DNA of 45,190 bases from a phage. Shown here piece after piece: positions 1 through 8,327 of this stretch (position 1 is the first letter of the stretch; every line of letters begins with the position of its first letter). Below the pieces are notes generated by a model, which did no database searches, was not told where the DNA came from, and saw only the letters and a list, made by a program, of their open reading frames with translations. Both the position numbers and the translations under genes were made by a program. Location: sequence record PZ050807.1; one strand, 5' to 3'.

Positions 1-91
1 TTAACGCTAAAAACCAGGCTGTAACGGCGAAGAACGACGCCGTGTCTGCTAAGAACGATGCGCAGACTGCGAAGACTGCCGCAGAAACAGC
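1..91. repeat. Terminal direct repeat; identical copy at 45100..45190, showing the window wraps a circular or circularly permuted genome unit of 45,099 bp
   Basis: Base-by-base comparison of window start and end: 91/91 identical. Confidence 0.9.
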
Positions 92-1589
92 GCGCACACA
101 GGCCCAGTCGGCTAAGACCGCCGCAGAGTCAGCACGTGACGACGCGCAGACGGCTAAGACTGCCGCAGAAACAGCACGCACCCAGGCACAGACCGCGAAG
201 ACCGCCGCAGAAACCGCCCAGGGTGCGGCGGAAGACGCCCGCGATGAGGCGAAGCAATATGCAGAGCAAGCCGGAGCACCATATAAGCAGGTATTACAAC
301 CGCTACCAGACGTGTGGGTTCCGTTTAACGATTCGCTGGATATGCTCGCAGGCTTCGCGCCAGGATACAAGACGGTTACGGTAGCCGACGACGAGGTTAC
401 TATGCCGAGCGACAAGGTGGTGTCGTTTAAGCGCGCATCAACGGCAACATATATTAACAAGTCCGGCGAGTTTAAAATCGCAGAGATTGACGAGCCGAGA
501 TTCGAAAAATACGGCCTGCTCATTGAAGGGCAACGCACTAACTATTTCTCCAACTCCAACACGCCGGAATCATGGAATACAAATCCGCGTCTGACGCGCA
601 GCGAAACTAAGACTGACAGTCGCGGTTTTACTTACGCAACATTTACGCCAGGAAGTTATGTAGGACAGGTCGGTACGTACACGATTATTGCGGGATCGTC
701 GGCAAGTCCCATTGACGCAGTGCAAGACGACCATGTAACCATTTCGTTTAGGGCTAAGGGTGCTAAGCTGCGAATTGGTGCGCGATTTGACAAGGGAAGC
801 CCACTAACCACGGTAGCGATCATGTACGTGGATATGGACGACCTTTCCGTATCCACATCGGGGGCTGACGCTGATAATCTGGTGGTGAAAAACGTATCCC
901 GCGATGGGGAATGGGTGCTGGTTGAAGCTATTTATAAGGTGACGGACGACTCCGCCCAGGTTCGCGGGGTGGTATCGATGGCTAACCAAATCGGCGGCGC
1001 TCTGTTTGACGCAACCAGCACCGTCGATGTCACTACACCGCAAGTGGAGTTAGGAATTAGTGCGTCGTCGTTTATCCCAACCGCCAGCACGCCAACGACG
1101 CGAGCAAGCGATATGGTTAATATCCCAGTAACCAACAATCTACCAAACATTCCGATTAGTGTGATGACCGAAGTGCGCCGCGGTTGGGATAAAGCGCCTA
1201 GTTCGGCACCGAGGATTGCGAACACCATCGGCGTTGCAAATAACAGCGAACAGATTATTCTGGCGTTCCGCAATCCGGCGGATCCATCGGTGCAGCCGCT
1301 ACCATATGCGCAGATGGGTGTGGCACAGGCCTACGTGCCTGCGGGGTTACAACCAGGCAGGCTTATGGTGGCGGGATTCGTCGGCGGGTCAAATGGGAAG
1401 TTCAAAGCGGTTGTAAACGGCACTATGTCGCCGGAGTCTACGTCTAACTGGGCCGGGCCAGGGGCCGCCACTCAAATCCGAATCGGCGGGTCTTCGGCAG
1501 GTGGCGAGCGCCACCTTTTTGGGCACGTCCGTAACTTCCGCATCTGGCATAAAGCACTGACCGACTTACAAATGGGAGAATTAGTATGA
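1..1589 (+). CDS. Side tail fibre protein, C-terminal part (continues in frame from 44652..45190 across the window join)
   Basis: Frame at position 3 is continuous with the ORF starting at ATG 44652 once the 91-bp overlap is superimposed; Ala/Lys/Thr/Gln-rich tandem peptide repeats (AKNDAQTAKTAAETARTQAQ...) typical of fibre shafts; the internal GTG at 42 is unlikely to be the true start. Confidence 0.6.
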   Translation, partial: NAKNQAVTAKNDAVSAKNDAQTAKTAAETARTQAQSAKTAAESARDDAQTAKTAAETARTQAQTAKTAAETAQGAAEDARDEAKQYAEQAGAPYKQVLQPLPDVWVPFNDSLDMLAGFAPGYKTVTVADDEVTMPSDKVVSFKRASTATYINKSGEFKIAEIDEPRFEKYGLLIEGQRTNYFSNSNTPESWNTNPRLTRSETKTDSRGFTYATFTPGSYVGQVGTYTIIAGSSASPIDAVQDDHVTISFRAKGAKLRIGARFDKGSPLTTVAIMYVDMDDLSVSTSGADADNLVVKNVSRDGEWVLVEAIYKVTDDSAQVRGVVSMANQIGGALFDATSTVDVTTPQVELGISASSFIPTASTPTTRASDMVNIPVTNNLPNIPISVMTEVRRGWDKAPSSAPRIANTIGVANNSEQIILAFRNPADPSVQPLPYAQMGVAQAYVPAGLQPGRLMVAGFVGGSNGKFKAVVNGTMSPESTSNWAGPGAATQIRIGGSSAGGERHLFGHVRNFRIWHKALTDLQMGELV

Positions 1590-1843
1590 AAGACTTAACG
1601 CTGAAGTTTGAAAGCAAGGCCGCTTTTGCGGCCTTCAAAGCGCAATTAAACGGGGATGAGAACGAGGCGTTGCAGGATGATATTCTGCTTGATGTCATCG
1701 GCAACGTGTATGAGGGTGATGAGGATAATCTCGTTGCCGTTGAGGGCTACTTCGTTAACGTGCGCATTCTTGACGACGACCACGGCATTAACTTTGAGCA
1801 GTATGCCGTTGTGTTAGACTCACCACTTCGTCAATGGGCTTAA
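1586..1843 (+). CDS. Hypothetical acidic protein, 85 aa (position suggests a fibre-associated or assembly factor)
   Basis: ATGA start/stop overlap with the fibre gene; no recognisable motif. Confidence 0.45.
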   Translation: MKDLTLKFESKAAFAAFKAQLNGDENEALQDDILLDVIGNVYEGDEDNLVAVEGYFVNVRILDDDHGINFEQYAVVLDSPLRQWA

Positions 1844-1854
1844 GAGGGTAAATC

Positions 1855-2736
1855 ATGGTTACTAAAACAAACATCCCAGCGGATATTACGGCGCTGAAAA
1901 ATTCTACTTCATCATTGTCGTCTGACAAGATGGATAAGTCAGCCAATTTGTCGGACCTTGCAGACAAAACTGTGGCGCGAAGTAATCTTGGTTTAGGGTC
2001 AGCAGCCACGTTGGACGTAGGGGATAGCGGCGGAAACGCGATGAAGGTTGGTGATTTTGGATTGGGGCGACCTAACGGCGCTAAGGTTTTCTATACTACC
2101 TCGCAAGACACGCTACTTGCTGGACTGGACCAATACGGTTTATGTGTGTTCAGGAACGACCTGCAGATCGCTGCGCCGTGGGATATTTGGAACTATTCAT
2201 CAAACCTGTTCTTCCGCGCCGGAGATACTTACAGTATGCTAAGCATACCGTTTGAGGCGGCTGGTAAGGTGAAGGTTTTCGGCGGTGCCGCGGGTTACGG
2301 GTGGAAGACAGGGCGAACACTGCTCGATAACACAACGACGACTATTGACACTAACGGATTTGTCAAGCAAGCATCGCCGATTGTTAAAGTATTTGGTGAT
2401 GGTAAATTTGAGGTTAATGAAGAGTCGAAAGGGGCTAGTGTAGATCGCATATCCGTCGGCGTTTATCGTATCTCTGGTGTTCTCGGTCTTAACTCAGATG
2501 CGGCCTGGGGTGGCGTAGGCGGTGGCTTCGAGATTCCGGTAGACATCAACAAGCAGCCGCGGGTGTGGGTTGACTTCGAGGTTGAGCCTGAAGGGTCTAT
2601 CATTCTTAAAACGTACCACCGGACACACGACACGGCTCCGTCTTTTGCAAAAAACATAATTGACGGCGTTAATGACGGCGATCCGGTAGATATTCCATCA
2701 GACGCTTTTATCTCAGTTCGCGTTAACATGCCGTAA
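1855..2736 (+). CDS. Tail fibre protein (second fibre / receptor-binding candidate)
   Basis: N-terminal motif ANLSDLADKTVARSNLGLGSAATLDVG, characteristic of phage tail-fibre N-termini; Gly-rich beta-type C-terminus; RBS-like GAGGG upstream. Confidence 0.55.
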   Translation: MVTKTNIPADITALKNSTSSLSSDKMDKSANLSDLADKTVARSNLGLGSAATLDVGDSGGNAMKVGDFGLGRPNGAKVFYTTSQDTLLAGLDQYGLCVFRNDLQIAAPWDIWNYSSNLFFRAGDTYSMLSIPFEAAGKVKVFGGAAGYGWKTGRTLLDNTTTTIDTNGFVKQASPIVKVFGDGKFEVNEESKGASVDRISVGVYRISGVLGLNSDAAWGGVGGGFEIPVDINKQPRVWVDFEVEPEGSIILKTYHRTHDTAPSFAKNIIDGVNDGDPVDIPSDAFISVRVNMP

Positions 2737-2740
2737 GTGG

Positions 2741-2766
2741 AAAGGGGCCAAACGGCCCCTTTTTCA
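2741..2766. terminator. Bidirectional intrinsic terminator between convergent genes
   Basis: Hairpin AGGGGCC-AAAC-GGCCCCT (2743..2760) followed by TTTTT; A/T-rich on the other side. Confidence 0.7.
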
Positions 2767-3339
2767 TTGTGCGGATTCCCAGTCTATCTTTCGGCGTATT
2801 GTAGGACTTTCGAAATACTCTTTGCCGTCTACTTCAACCAAAGGCCAGTCGTTCACAATGGCGTATGGATCTGCGACCTCTTCGATTATGCCGGTGGCTT
2901 TATGCTGACCAAACCCTACCAGCACCAGAATCACCCCGGCAACGCGACGCTCCATATACTCGTATGCGCAACGTGCTTCAACCAGACCGCGACGGATGCC
3001 GGTAGTGGCCTTCACTTCGTACGACCAGACGGCATCAATAACTTGGTCTTTGTAATCCGGCCCTACTTTCACTTTGCGCTTACCAAGCATTACCACATCG
3101 CCACGGTTCATGGTGTTGCCGCTAAATAATCCGGTGCGCTGGAGTAAGCCTTGCGGGATGCAACTGCGACCGCCGGTTTGCCCTTCCAGATACATCCCTG
3201 CGAACATCTCGCCAAGTACACCAACGAGACGGCTTTGCTTGCACGCGTCGGAACGGTTACGCCAGTAGTCAAACTCAATGCTTGCAATCAACGATGCCAG
3301 ATGAAATGCTTTGCCAGATAATTCATATTCACCGTACAT
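2764..3339 (-). CDS. Hypothetical protein, 191 aa (last gene of the leftward early operon)
   Basis: Long ORF with RBS AAGGAG 8 nt upstream of the ATG at 3339; no motif recognised. Confidence 0.55.
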   Translation of the reverse strand: MYGEYELSGKAFHLASLIASIEFDYWRNRSDACKQSRLVGVLGEMFAGMYLEGQTGGRSCIPQGLLQRTGLFSGNTMNRGDVVMLGKRKVKVGPDYKDQVIDAVWSYEVKATTGIRRGLVEARCAYEYMERRVAGVILVLVGFGQHKATGIIEEVADPYAIVNDWPLVEVDGKEYFESPTIRRKIDWESAQ

Positions 3340-3383
3340 GATTAAACTCCTTCAGGTTGCGGGCCGAAGCCCGCGATTAATGA

Positions 3384-3854
3384 TTATTTAAGTGCGCCAG
3401 TCACCAGTGTTTTTTCCATGTTGCGGAAATCTTCCGGCGTCATGAGGATTTTCGACCCGTCTTCACCGTACAGCGTCACCAGCGGTTGAGCTTTCGCTAA
3501 AACTCCCTTCGGCAGCGACCACGCATCAACCTGTTTCTTCAGGCTTTCCAACTGCGCTGCCGTTACGTCGATCTGGATCTCGTCATGCACAGTTGTGTAA
3601 GACTCACCCAGTAGCGCGGAATATGCCACTAAATCCACAATGTTATCTTCCTGGTGTTTACGGGTCTGGCGTACCAGCTTCAGGCAAATCATAAATACCC
3701 AGGCTTCTTGCTCGGTAAGGTCCCGACCGGTTAGTGCGTTGAATACGGCAGCAATCTGTTTAGCGCTGCGTTCTTCTTTGCTGTCATATCCATTTTCTTT
3801 CCCGCGCTGTTCCATAGTGGTGGCGGCGTTTTTGCAGTATTCGAATGCTTTCAT
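3384..3854 (-). CDS. Hypothetical protein, 156 aa (possibly an all-alpha NTP-pyrophosphohydrolase-like fold; weak)
   Basis: ORF directly downstream of the early promoter at 3900..3928; the segment EQEAWVFMICLKLVRQ...DNIVDLVAY is faintly MazG-like. Confidence 0.5.
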   Translation of the reverse strand: MKAFEYCKNAATTMEQRGKENGYDSKEERSAKQIAAVFNALTGRDLTEQEAWVFMICLKLVRQTRKHQEDNIVDLVAYSALLGESYTTVHDEIQIDVTAAQLESLKKQVDAWSLPKGVLAKAQPLVTLYGEDGSKILMTPEDFRNMEKTLVTGALK

Positions 3855-3894
3855 GGTTTATCTCCTTGATGGGCGGCGGTATTGCCTCCCGATG

Positions 3895-3932
3895 TGGTTA
3901 ATATAGTGCAACCAAATACGGATTGCAACCAA
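3895..3932 (-). promoter_or_regulatory. Sigma70-type early promoter (minus strand): -35 TTGCAA, 17-nt spacer ending in ATTGGTTGCAC, -10 TATATT
   Basis: Read on the minus strand: TTGCAA(3928..3923)-17 nt-TATATT(3905..3900); two copies of the TTGGTTGCA motif. Confidence 0.55.
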
Positions 3933-4154
3933 TTATTTTAATTCCTCAATCAAATTGGCACGGACAATACGGGCCGAGAAGGCATCGCACACAAGATGGC
4001 AACGCGCCGTCATGACAAGCCAGCCGGTTAGGTCACGGCCTAGCAATTGCTCCGGGCGGCTTACCCGCAATACTTTATTTCCAGGGAAAACCAGGTAACG
4101 TTTAATGATCTCATCCACGACGCGCGGACTGCGATCGACGACTAAGATATTCAT
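3933..4154 (-). CDS. Hypothetical protein, 73 aa
   Basis: Strong RBS AAGGAGA upstream of the ATG at 4154; overlaps the 3' end of the methyltransferase ORF by 44 nt. Confidence 0.45.
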   Translation of the reverse strand: MNILVVDRSPRVVDEIIKRYLVFPGNKVLRVSRPEQLLGRDLTGWLVMTARCHLVCDAFSARIVRANLIEELK

Positions 4155-4620
4155 GTAGTTCTCCTTCGCTCATTATCTTGATTTGTGCGCTGCCGTTTGG
4201 TGGCGCTTCTTCAAAGATTATCAATTGCTGACACTTGTTGTTGCTCGGTCCAACCTCGCCAGTGACGGCATGGATAAACCGGATCCGCCAGTCCAGCAAT
4301 ATAATCAGGTTGGCGGTTTTCCGCGCCAGTTTGGCCCACTTCGTGGTCGTGTCCTGGTTAAGCAGCATTACCGTTTTGCGACCCTGCGATGCGCAAGTCA
4401 CCCACGGCAGCGGGTCGGAATACGGCGGATTGCACCACTTCCACCCGTTTAACTCTGACCAGTCCGCATCAAGCGCGCTATGCTCTTTCGTGAAGTAGCG
4501 CGGTAGCAAATGGTTGTGGTCACTCGCCGCCATGTCGTAACGGAATTTAAACGCCTTGCGCAGTGGTTTGAATAAGGCTGGCGGAGTGCGCCAGCTATCC
4601 TTCTGCTCATTCTCCGTCAT
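4111..4620 (-). CDS. DNA N6-adenine methyltransferase, phage Dam-like
   Basis: NPPY catalytic motif (WCNPPYSD) and size typical of the phage N6A-MTase family; start set at MTENEQ (ATG 4620). Confidence 0.65.
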   Translation of the reverse strand: MTENEQKDSWRTPPALFKPLRKAFKFRYDMAASDHNHLLPRYFTKEHSALDADWSELNGWKWCNPPYSDPLPWVTCASQGRKTVMLLNQDTTTKWAKLARKTANLIILLDWRIRFIHAVTGEVGPSNNKCQQLIIFEEAPPNGSAQIKIMSEGELHEYLSRRSQSARRG

Positions 4621-5071
4621 GCTGCGGATCCAGTGCGTAAAGTGGGATCTGTTTGGCGCTTTCCCACAGGCGTTTAATCCTTTCCTGTTCGCCTTTACCC
4701 ATTGGGCGCATGTCCGTACTATAGTTGCCGTTGGTGGTGTCACGCCACGCGATCAGCACCAGGTCTTTACGGTCGATCTTCGTTGTTCGGCCTTTCGGAC
4801 GGACGTATTCTTCAGCACGTTTGCACTGCTCGCGTAGCCCTTCGGCGGTTATCCGGGTGAGCGATACGGATGTTGTGTACCCGGAGCGCTGCATAATGGT
4901 GATCAGTTCGCCCAGCAGTTCGAAGCGTTCCTCTAATTCCAGCAATTGCTTGTTGGTATCCTGGAATTTTTTATACATATCTTCGGCGTGGCTACGTGCT
5001 TCTTCCGCCTTCTCGCGGGCTTCCAGACACTGTGAAGCCCAGTACGCTTTTTCTTCTTGTAAAATTTTCAT
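4607..5071 (-). CDS. Hypothetical coiled-coil protein, 154 aa
   Basis: Charged helical sequence; start overlaps the upstream gene stop (ATGA). Confidence 0.5.
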   Translation of the reverse strand: MKILQEEKAYWASQCLEAREKAEEARSHAEDMYKKFQDTNKQLLELEERFELLGELITIMQRSGYTTSVSLTRITAEGLREQCKRAEEYVRPKGRTTKIDRKDLVLIAWRDTTNGNYSTDMRPMGKGEQERIKRLWESAKQIPLYALDPQHDGE

Positions 5072-5310
5072 TATTTAGTCTCCGTCATGCGAATCTCATT
5101 TTGTGGGATAAATTTGCCGTTCATCTCTACCCAGCAGGATCCGTACCGCCACTGGGTGTTACGACCGGTTTGCTCCGCATACACAGTCACGCATTCGTAC
5201 TTCTTGAAGTAATACGTGCAGGAGGAAGGCATAATGATGCAAAAAACAACTAATAGCATCCACACCCATAACCGCAAAGCACCGTCGTAATCTAAAAAGA
5301 ATCGTTTCAT
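5071..5310 (-). CDS. Small secreted or membrane protein, 79 aa, with its own early promoter
   Basis: Hydrophobic N-terminus (LRLWVWMLLVVFCIIMPSSC); RBS GAGGA; promoter directly upstream. Confidence 0.45.
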   Translation of the reverse strand: MKRFFLDYDGALRLWVWMLLVVFCIIMPSSCTYYFKKYECVTVYAEQTGRNTQWRYGSCWVEMNGKFIPQNEIRMTETK

Positions 5311-5352
5311 CGTCAAATCCTCATATTAAAAAAGGGCGTTCCCTTCAGAACA

Positions 5353-5390
5353 CCCCCAATATAATGCAACCAATCTCGCAATGCAACCAA
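5353..5390 (-). promoter_or_regulatory. Sigma70-type early promoter (minus strand) of the TTGGTTGCA family
   Basis: Minus strand: TTGCAT(5386..5381)-17 nt-TATATT(5363..5358); two TTGGTTGCA copies. Confidence 0.55.
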
Positions 5391-5394
5391 TTTA

Positions 5395-5715
5395 TTAGAA
5401 GAAATTTGGGTCGCTCATCACATCCACAAGATAAAGGTTGTTAAGGCGGTTGCCGTAATGGCCTGGCGTGCGCTGACGGCACACAACAGCGTAACCAGGG
5501 GGGATGGTATTTCCGGTCGCCAGAATCCACGCCACGCGCGCGCCGTTTAGTGATTTACCGTTGTATTCTATGCGGGTGCCGCCATCTGCAGTGTTAAGGC
5601 TGCCAATCTTCTGACCGGTAGAATTGAGACGGATAACACCAGTCTGGCTATCGTAATTAAACAGTTGTTTGGTCAGTGCTACCGAAAAATCAATTGGATC
5701 AAAGATAGTGTTCAT
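5395..5715 (-). CDS. HNH_3-like (homing-endonuclease-like) protein, possibly degenerate
   Basis: Resembles the HNH_3 pattern (GARVAWILATGNTIPPGYAVV...GNRLNNLYLV) but the expected His residues are replaced. Confidence 0.4.
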   Translation of the reverse strand: MNTIFDPIDFSVALTKQLFNYDSQTGVIRLNSTGQKIGSLNTADGGTRIEYNGKSLNGARVAWILATGNTIPPGYAVVCRQRTPGHYGNRLNNLYLVDVMSDPNFF

Positions 5716-6428
5716 TTTAAATTTTCCTCATTGACTGCAATTGCGAAGCCGCGCGGTGTGAGCGACCTGATTAATTTAGTGCGGGCGGACTTACCACCGA
5801 GCAGACTATACTGTTTGGAGTAACCTTTTTCAACAAATACCGGCTTCTTCTCCGGCATCCTGAAGCCGTTCCCCGTCCATAAGCAAGTCAGCTTCGGATA
5901 TGAATCACGCGCGTTGATATATTCCGGGAATAGCGGGTGCACATCATCTTCCGGCAGGTAGCCGCCATACTCCCACGGGTCGAACGAGTGGTCCGGCTTG
6001 CGCCACTGGGTGGATAGCACACTGCGCGGATTCTCTATCATGTATGGCACTTCGAAGAAGTCACCGAGAAAGGCCGCAATCTTCGCCGTGCGCACGGCCT
6101 TAAGCTGGAAAGCCGGGTCTTTAGCGCGTTTGCGCGGGAAAGCTGGCGCGCCGCTAACTGCCAGGTCGGTGCACGGCGGAAAGGCGTAAATAATATCAGG
6201 CGTGCCAAACTCGCCCGCCATAGCGCGGTCTACGAAGTCCAGATCGATAAACACGTTCTTATAGCGAATGCCGCGCCCATAAAGCCGGTAGTGGTTGTAG
6301 GAGCCGTGGTCGGCCCCGTCAAAGTTAAAGCAGGTGCACTTATGCCCCATCTCGGCAGCACGCTCGATCATAAGGCCGCTGCCGTCGAATAATGACCAGA
6401 TGTTTAGTATCCTAACTCGCTTATTCAC
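5712..6428 (-). CDS. Compact DNA cytosine-5 methyltransferase-like protein
   Basis: Motif I-like LFDGSG, motif IV-like PPC (AFPPCTDLAVSG) and ENV-like MIENP; GTG start overlapping the helicase stop (GTGA). Confidence 0.5.
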   Translation of the reverse strand: MNKRVRILNIWSLFDGSGLMIERAAEMGHKCTCFNFDGADHGSYNHYRLYGRGIRYKNVFIDLDFVDRAMAGEFGTPDIIYAFPPCTDLAVSGAPAFPRKRAKDPAFQLKAVRTAKIAAFLGDFFEVPYMIENPRSVLSTQWRKPDHSFDPWEYGGYLPEDDVHPLFPEYINARDSYPKLTCLWTGNGFRMPEKKPVFVEKGYSKQYSLLGGKSARTKLIRSLTPRGFAIAVNEENLK

Positions 6429-7885
6429 TTGCGGCCTCGCTTCTTCTCTTTCATATATTCCATCAGTTCATCCTGGATGTCGCGCTTACCATCACGGCGG
6501 CTTGCCACTAACTCGTCGAGCGTGCCGCGGGCCTGGATAATGTAGACGAATACCGGGCGCGGGTGTCCGGCCTGCATCTGGCGCACCGGTCCGATACGTT
6601 CGACGATCTGCGCGAAGTGCTCAAAGTTCCACGTATCCGAGAAGATAGCGAGGTGGTGTCCGCCGTCCTGTAAGTTAAGACCGTGGCCTGCCGATGCCGG
6701 GTGTGCAAACATGATCGGAATCTCGCCCCGGTTCCACGCTTCCATATCCTTAACGCCTTGCTTGCCCTTACCCATTGCGACACCCTGCGGGAATTTCTTC
6801 TTAAGGCGGGCTAGGTCGTGCTTGTACTGGTAGGCCACAAGCAGCGGTGCGCCGTTAAGTTCTTCTACGATACTTTCCAGGGCGTCAAGTTTGGCGTCGT
6901 GGATTTTCTCCCACTCGTCGGTCCGCTCGCCGTCGTCGTCAACCTTATACACAGCGCCAGATGCAAGCTGGAGGCATTTAATCGTCTTAGCGGCAGCGTT
7001 GGCGGCCTCCACTGTTCCGCTTTCCAGTTCGGCAAATAGCTCGCTCTCGAACTGGTCGTAAATCTTGCGGGCTTTCTTCGGCAGGTCAACCAGCACCGGC
7101 GTGTAAATCGGCTTGTCACACCCGAAGTATTCAGCCGCGTCAACCGTTAGCGAAATATCAGCCAGCTTTGCGTGAATCTCTTTTTCGGAGTTTTTCAGCG
7201 GGGAGTGCTGCATAGTGAAGCTGCCAGGCGCAACCGGCTTACTTATGAACCAGCGGTCGGTGAATGCTTTATAGCTACTGCCGAGGCGTTCGCCACCGTC
7301 AACAAACCAGTTCTGCCCCCACACATCCTTAAGCCCGTTGGGTGCTGGCGTACCGGTCAGGTTAATCCAGCGCTTGACGTGCTTATGTGCGATCGCCGCC
7401 AGTGCGCGAGCACGTTTACTGCCCTGCTTACTGCGGTAGCCTTTCAGCTTAGTGGACTCATCGGCAACAACGACCGTAAAAGGCCACTCCTCGCCGCAAT
7501 AGTTCACAAGCCACTCAACCACATCATAGTTGAGGCACACGACGTTCGCGCCGCTCTCAAGCGCTGTAATGCGGTCCTTCTCCGGTCCGGTGCCGTCTAC
7601 TACCTGAAGCGATGAGAATCCCCATTTATCTTGTTCCGGGGGCCACGTACCGGACGCAACGCGCAACGGGGCCAGCACCAGCACGCGGTCTTCTCCGTGG
7701 TTCAGTATGCCGGTCTGGAACATTTTGTTCAGCGCCCACATGGTAGCGCCAGTCTTTCCCGATCCCATCGTCGCCCAGATATTACAGCGGGCGTGTTTAA
7801 TGATGAAAGACGTGATTAACTTCTGGTACTCGCGCCTGCGAAAACGTGCCATCTTGTTACGCCTTTTTCCAGACTTCTGTTTCAT
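6425..7885 (-). CDS. Superfamily-2 (SNF2/DEAD-like) DNA helicase
   Basis: Walker A GSGKTGAT, DExx box VVADESTKLK, C-terminal helicase motif HPASAGHGLNLQ; start uncertain (ATG 7885 or 7852). Confidence 0.7.
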   Translation of the reverse strand: MKQKSGKRRNKMARFRRREYQKLITSFIIKHARCNIWATMGSGKTGATMWALNKMFQTGILNHGEDRVLVLAPLRVASGTWPPEQDKWGFSSLQVVDGTGPEKDRITALESGANVVCLNYDVVEWLVNYCGEEWPFTVVVADESTKLKGYRSKQGSKRARALAAIAHKHVKRWINLTGTPAPNGLKDVWGQNWFVDGGERLGSSYKAFTDRWFISKPVAPGSFTMQHSPLKNSEKEIHAKLADISLTVDAAEYFGCDKPIYTPVLVDLPKKARKIYDQFESELFAELESGTVEAANAAAKTIKCLQLASGAVYKVDDDGERTDEWEKIHDAKLDALESIVEELNGAPLLVAYQYKHDLARLKKKFPQGVAMGKGKQGVKDMEAWNRGEIPIMFAHPASAGHGLNLQDGGHHLAIFSDTWNFEHFAQIVERIGPVRQMQAGHPRPVFVYIIQARGTLDELVASRRDGKRDIQDELMEYMKEKKRGRK

Positions 7886-8078
7886 GGTGCCAATTCCTCG
7901 TCGTAGCGGTCCAGTTAAATTCGTGCCCCACATGCACGCCGGTCGCTCGGAAGCCTTTAAACTTCTTCCAGCACACAGTTAACGGCAGCGGCTCGCGCAT
8001 TGCGGCGATATACCATACGCGATCGCCGGGTTTGCAGTCGCCCAGTGTGGTAAGGCGGTAATGTTCTTTCATCGTCAT
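7857..8078 (-). CDS. Hypothetical protein, 73 aa
   Basis: ORF with RBS GGAGA upstream. Confidence 0.4.
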   Translation of the reverse strand: MTMKEHYRLTTLGDCKPGDRVWYIAAMREPLPLTVCWKKFKGFRATGVHVGHEFNWTATTRNWHHETEVWKKA

Positions 8079-8114
8079 GTCTCCAAAAAAGGCGGGACTA
8101 GCCCGCCATGTTGA

Positions 8115-8288
8115 TTATTCGCGTTCTTCACGATAGCGGCGCTGCCGTTCTCGTTCGGCCTTGTTACGGCACGATTTACACTGCGCACGATACCCGTCGG
8201 GGCTACGTGCTGTTTTGCCAGTGTACTTATGAAATTGCGATAGCGGTTTAACACAGCCGCATTGGCTGCAACGTTTTTCTTCAATCAT
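8115..8288 (-). CDS. Small zinc-ribbon protein
   Basis: CSQCGC ... CKSC cysteine pairs; RBS GAGG; start chosen at MIEEK. Confidence 0.4.
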   Translation of the reverse strand: MIEEKRCSQCGCVKPLSQFHKYTGKTARSPDGYRAQCKSCRNKAERERQRRYREERE

Positions 8289-8327
8289 CTTAAATGCCTC
8301 GTTAGTCCTAACCTGCACACTATATCT

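Noticed and set aside
42-1589. Independent gene starting at GTG 42
   Set aside because: The frame is open from the first base of the window and continuous with the ORF starting at 44652 across the 91-bp overlap, so this is the C-terminal part of the wrapped fibre gene
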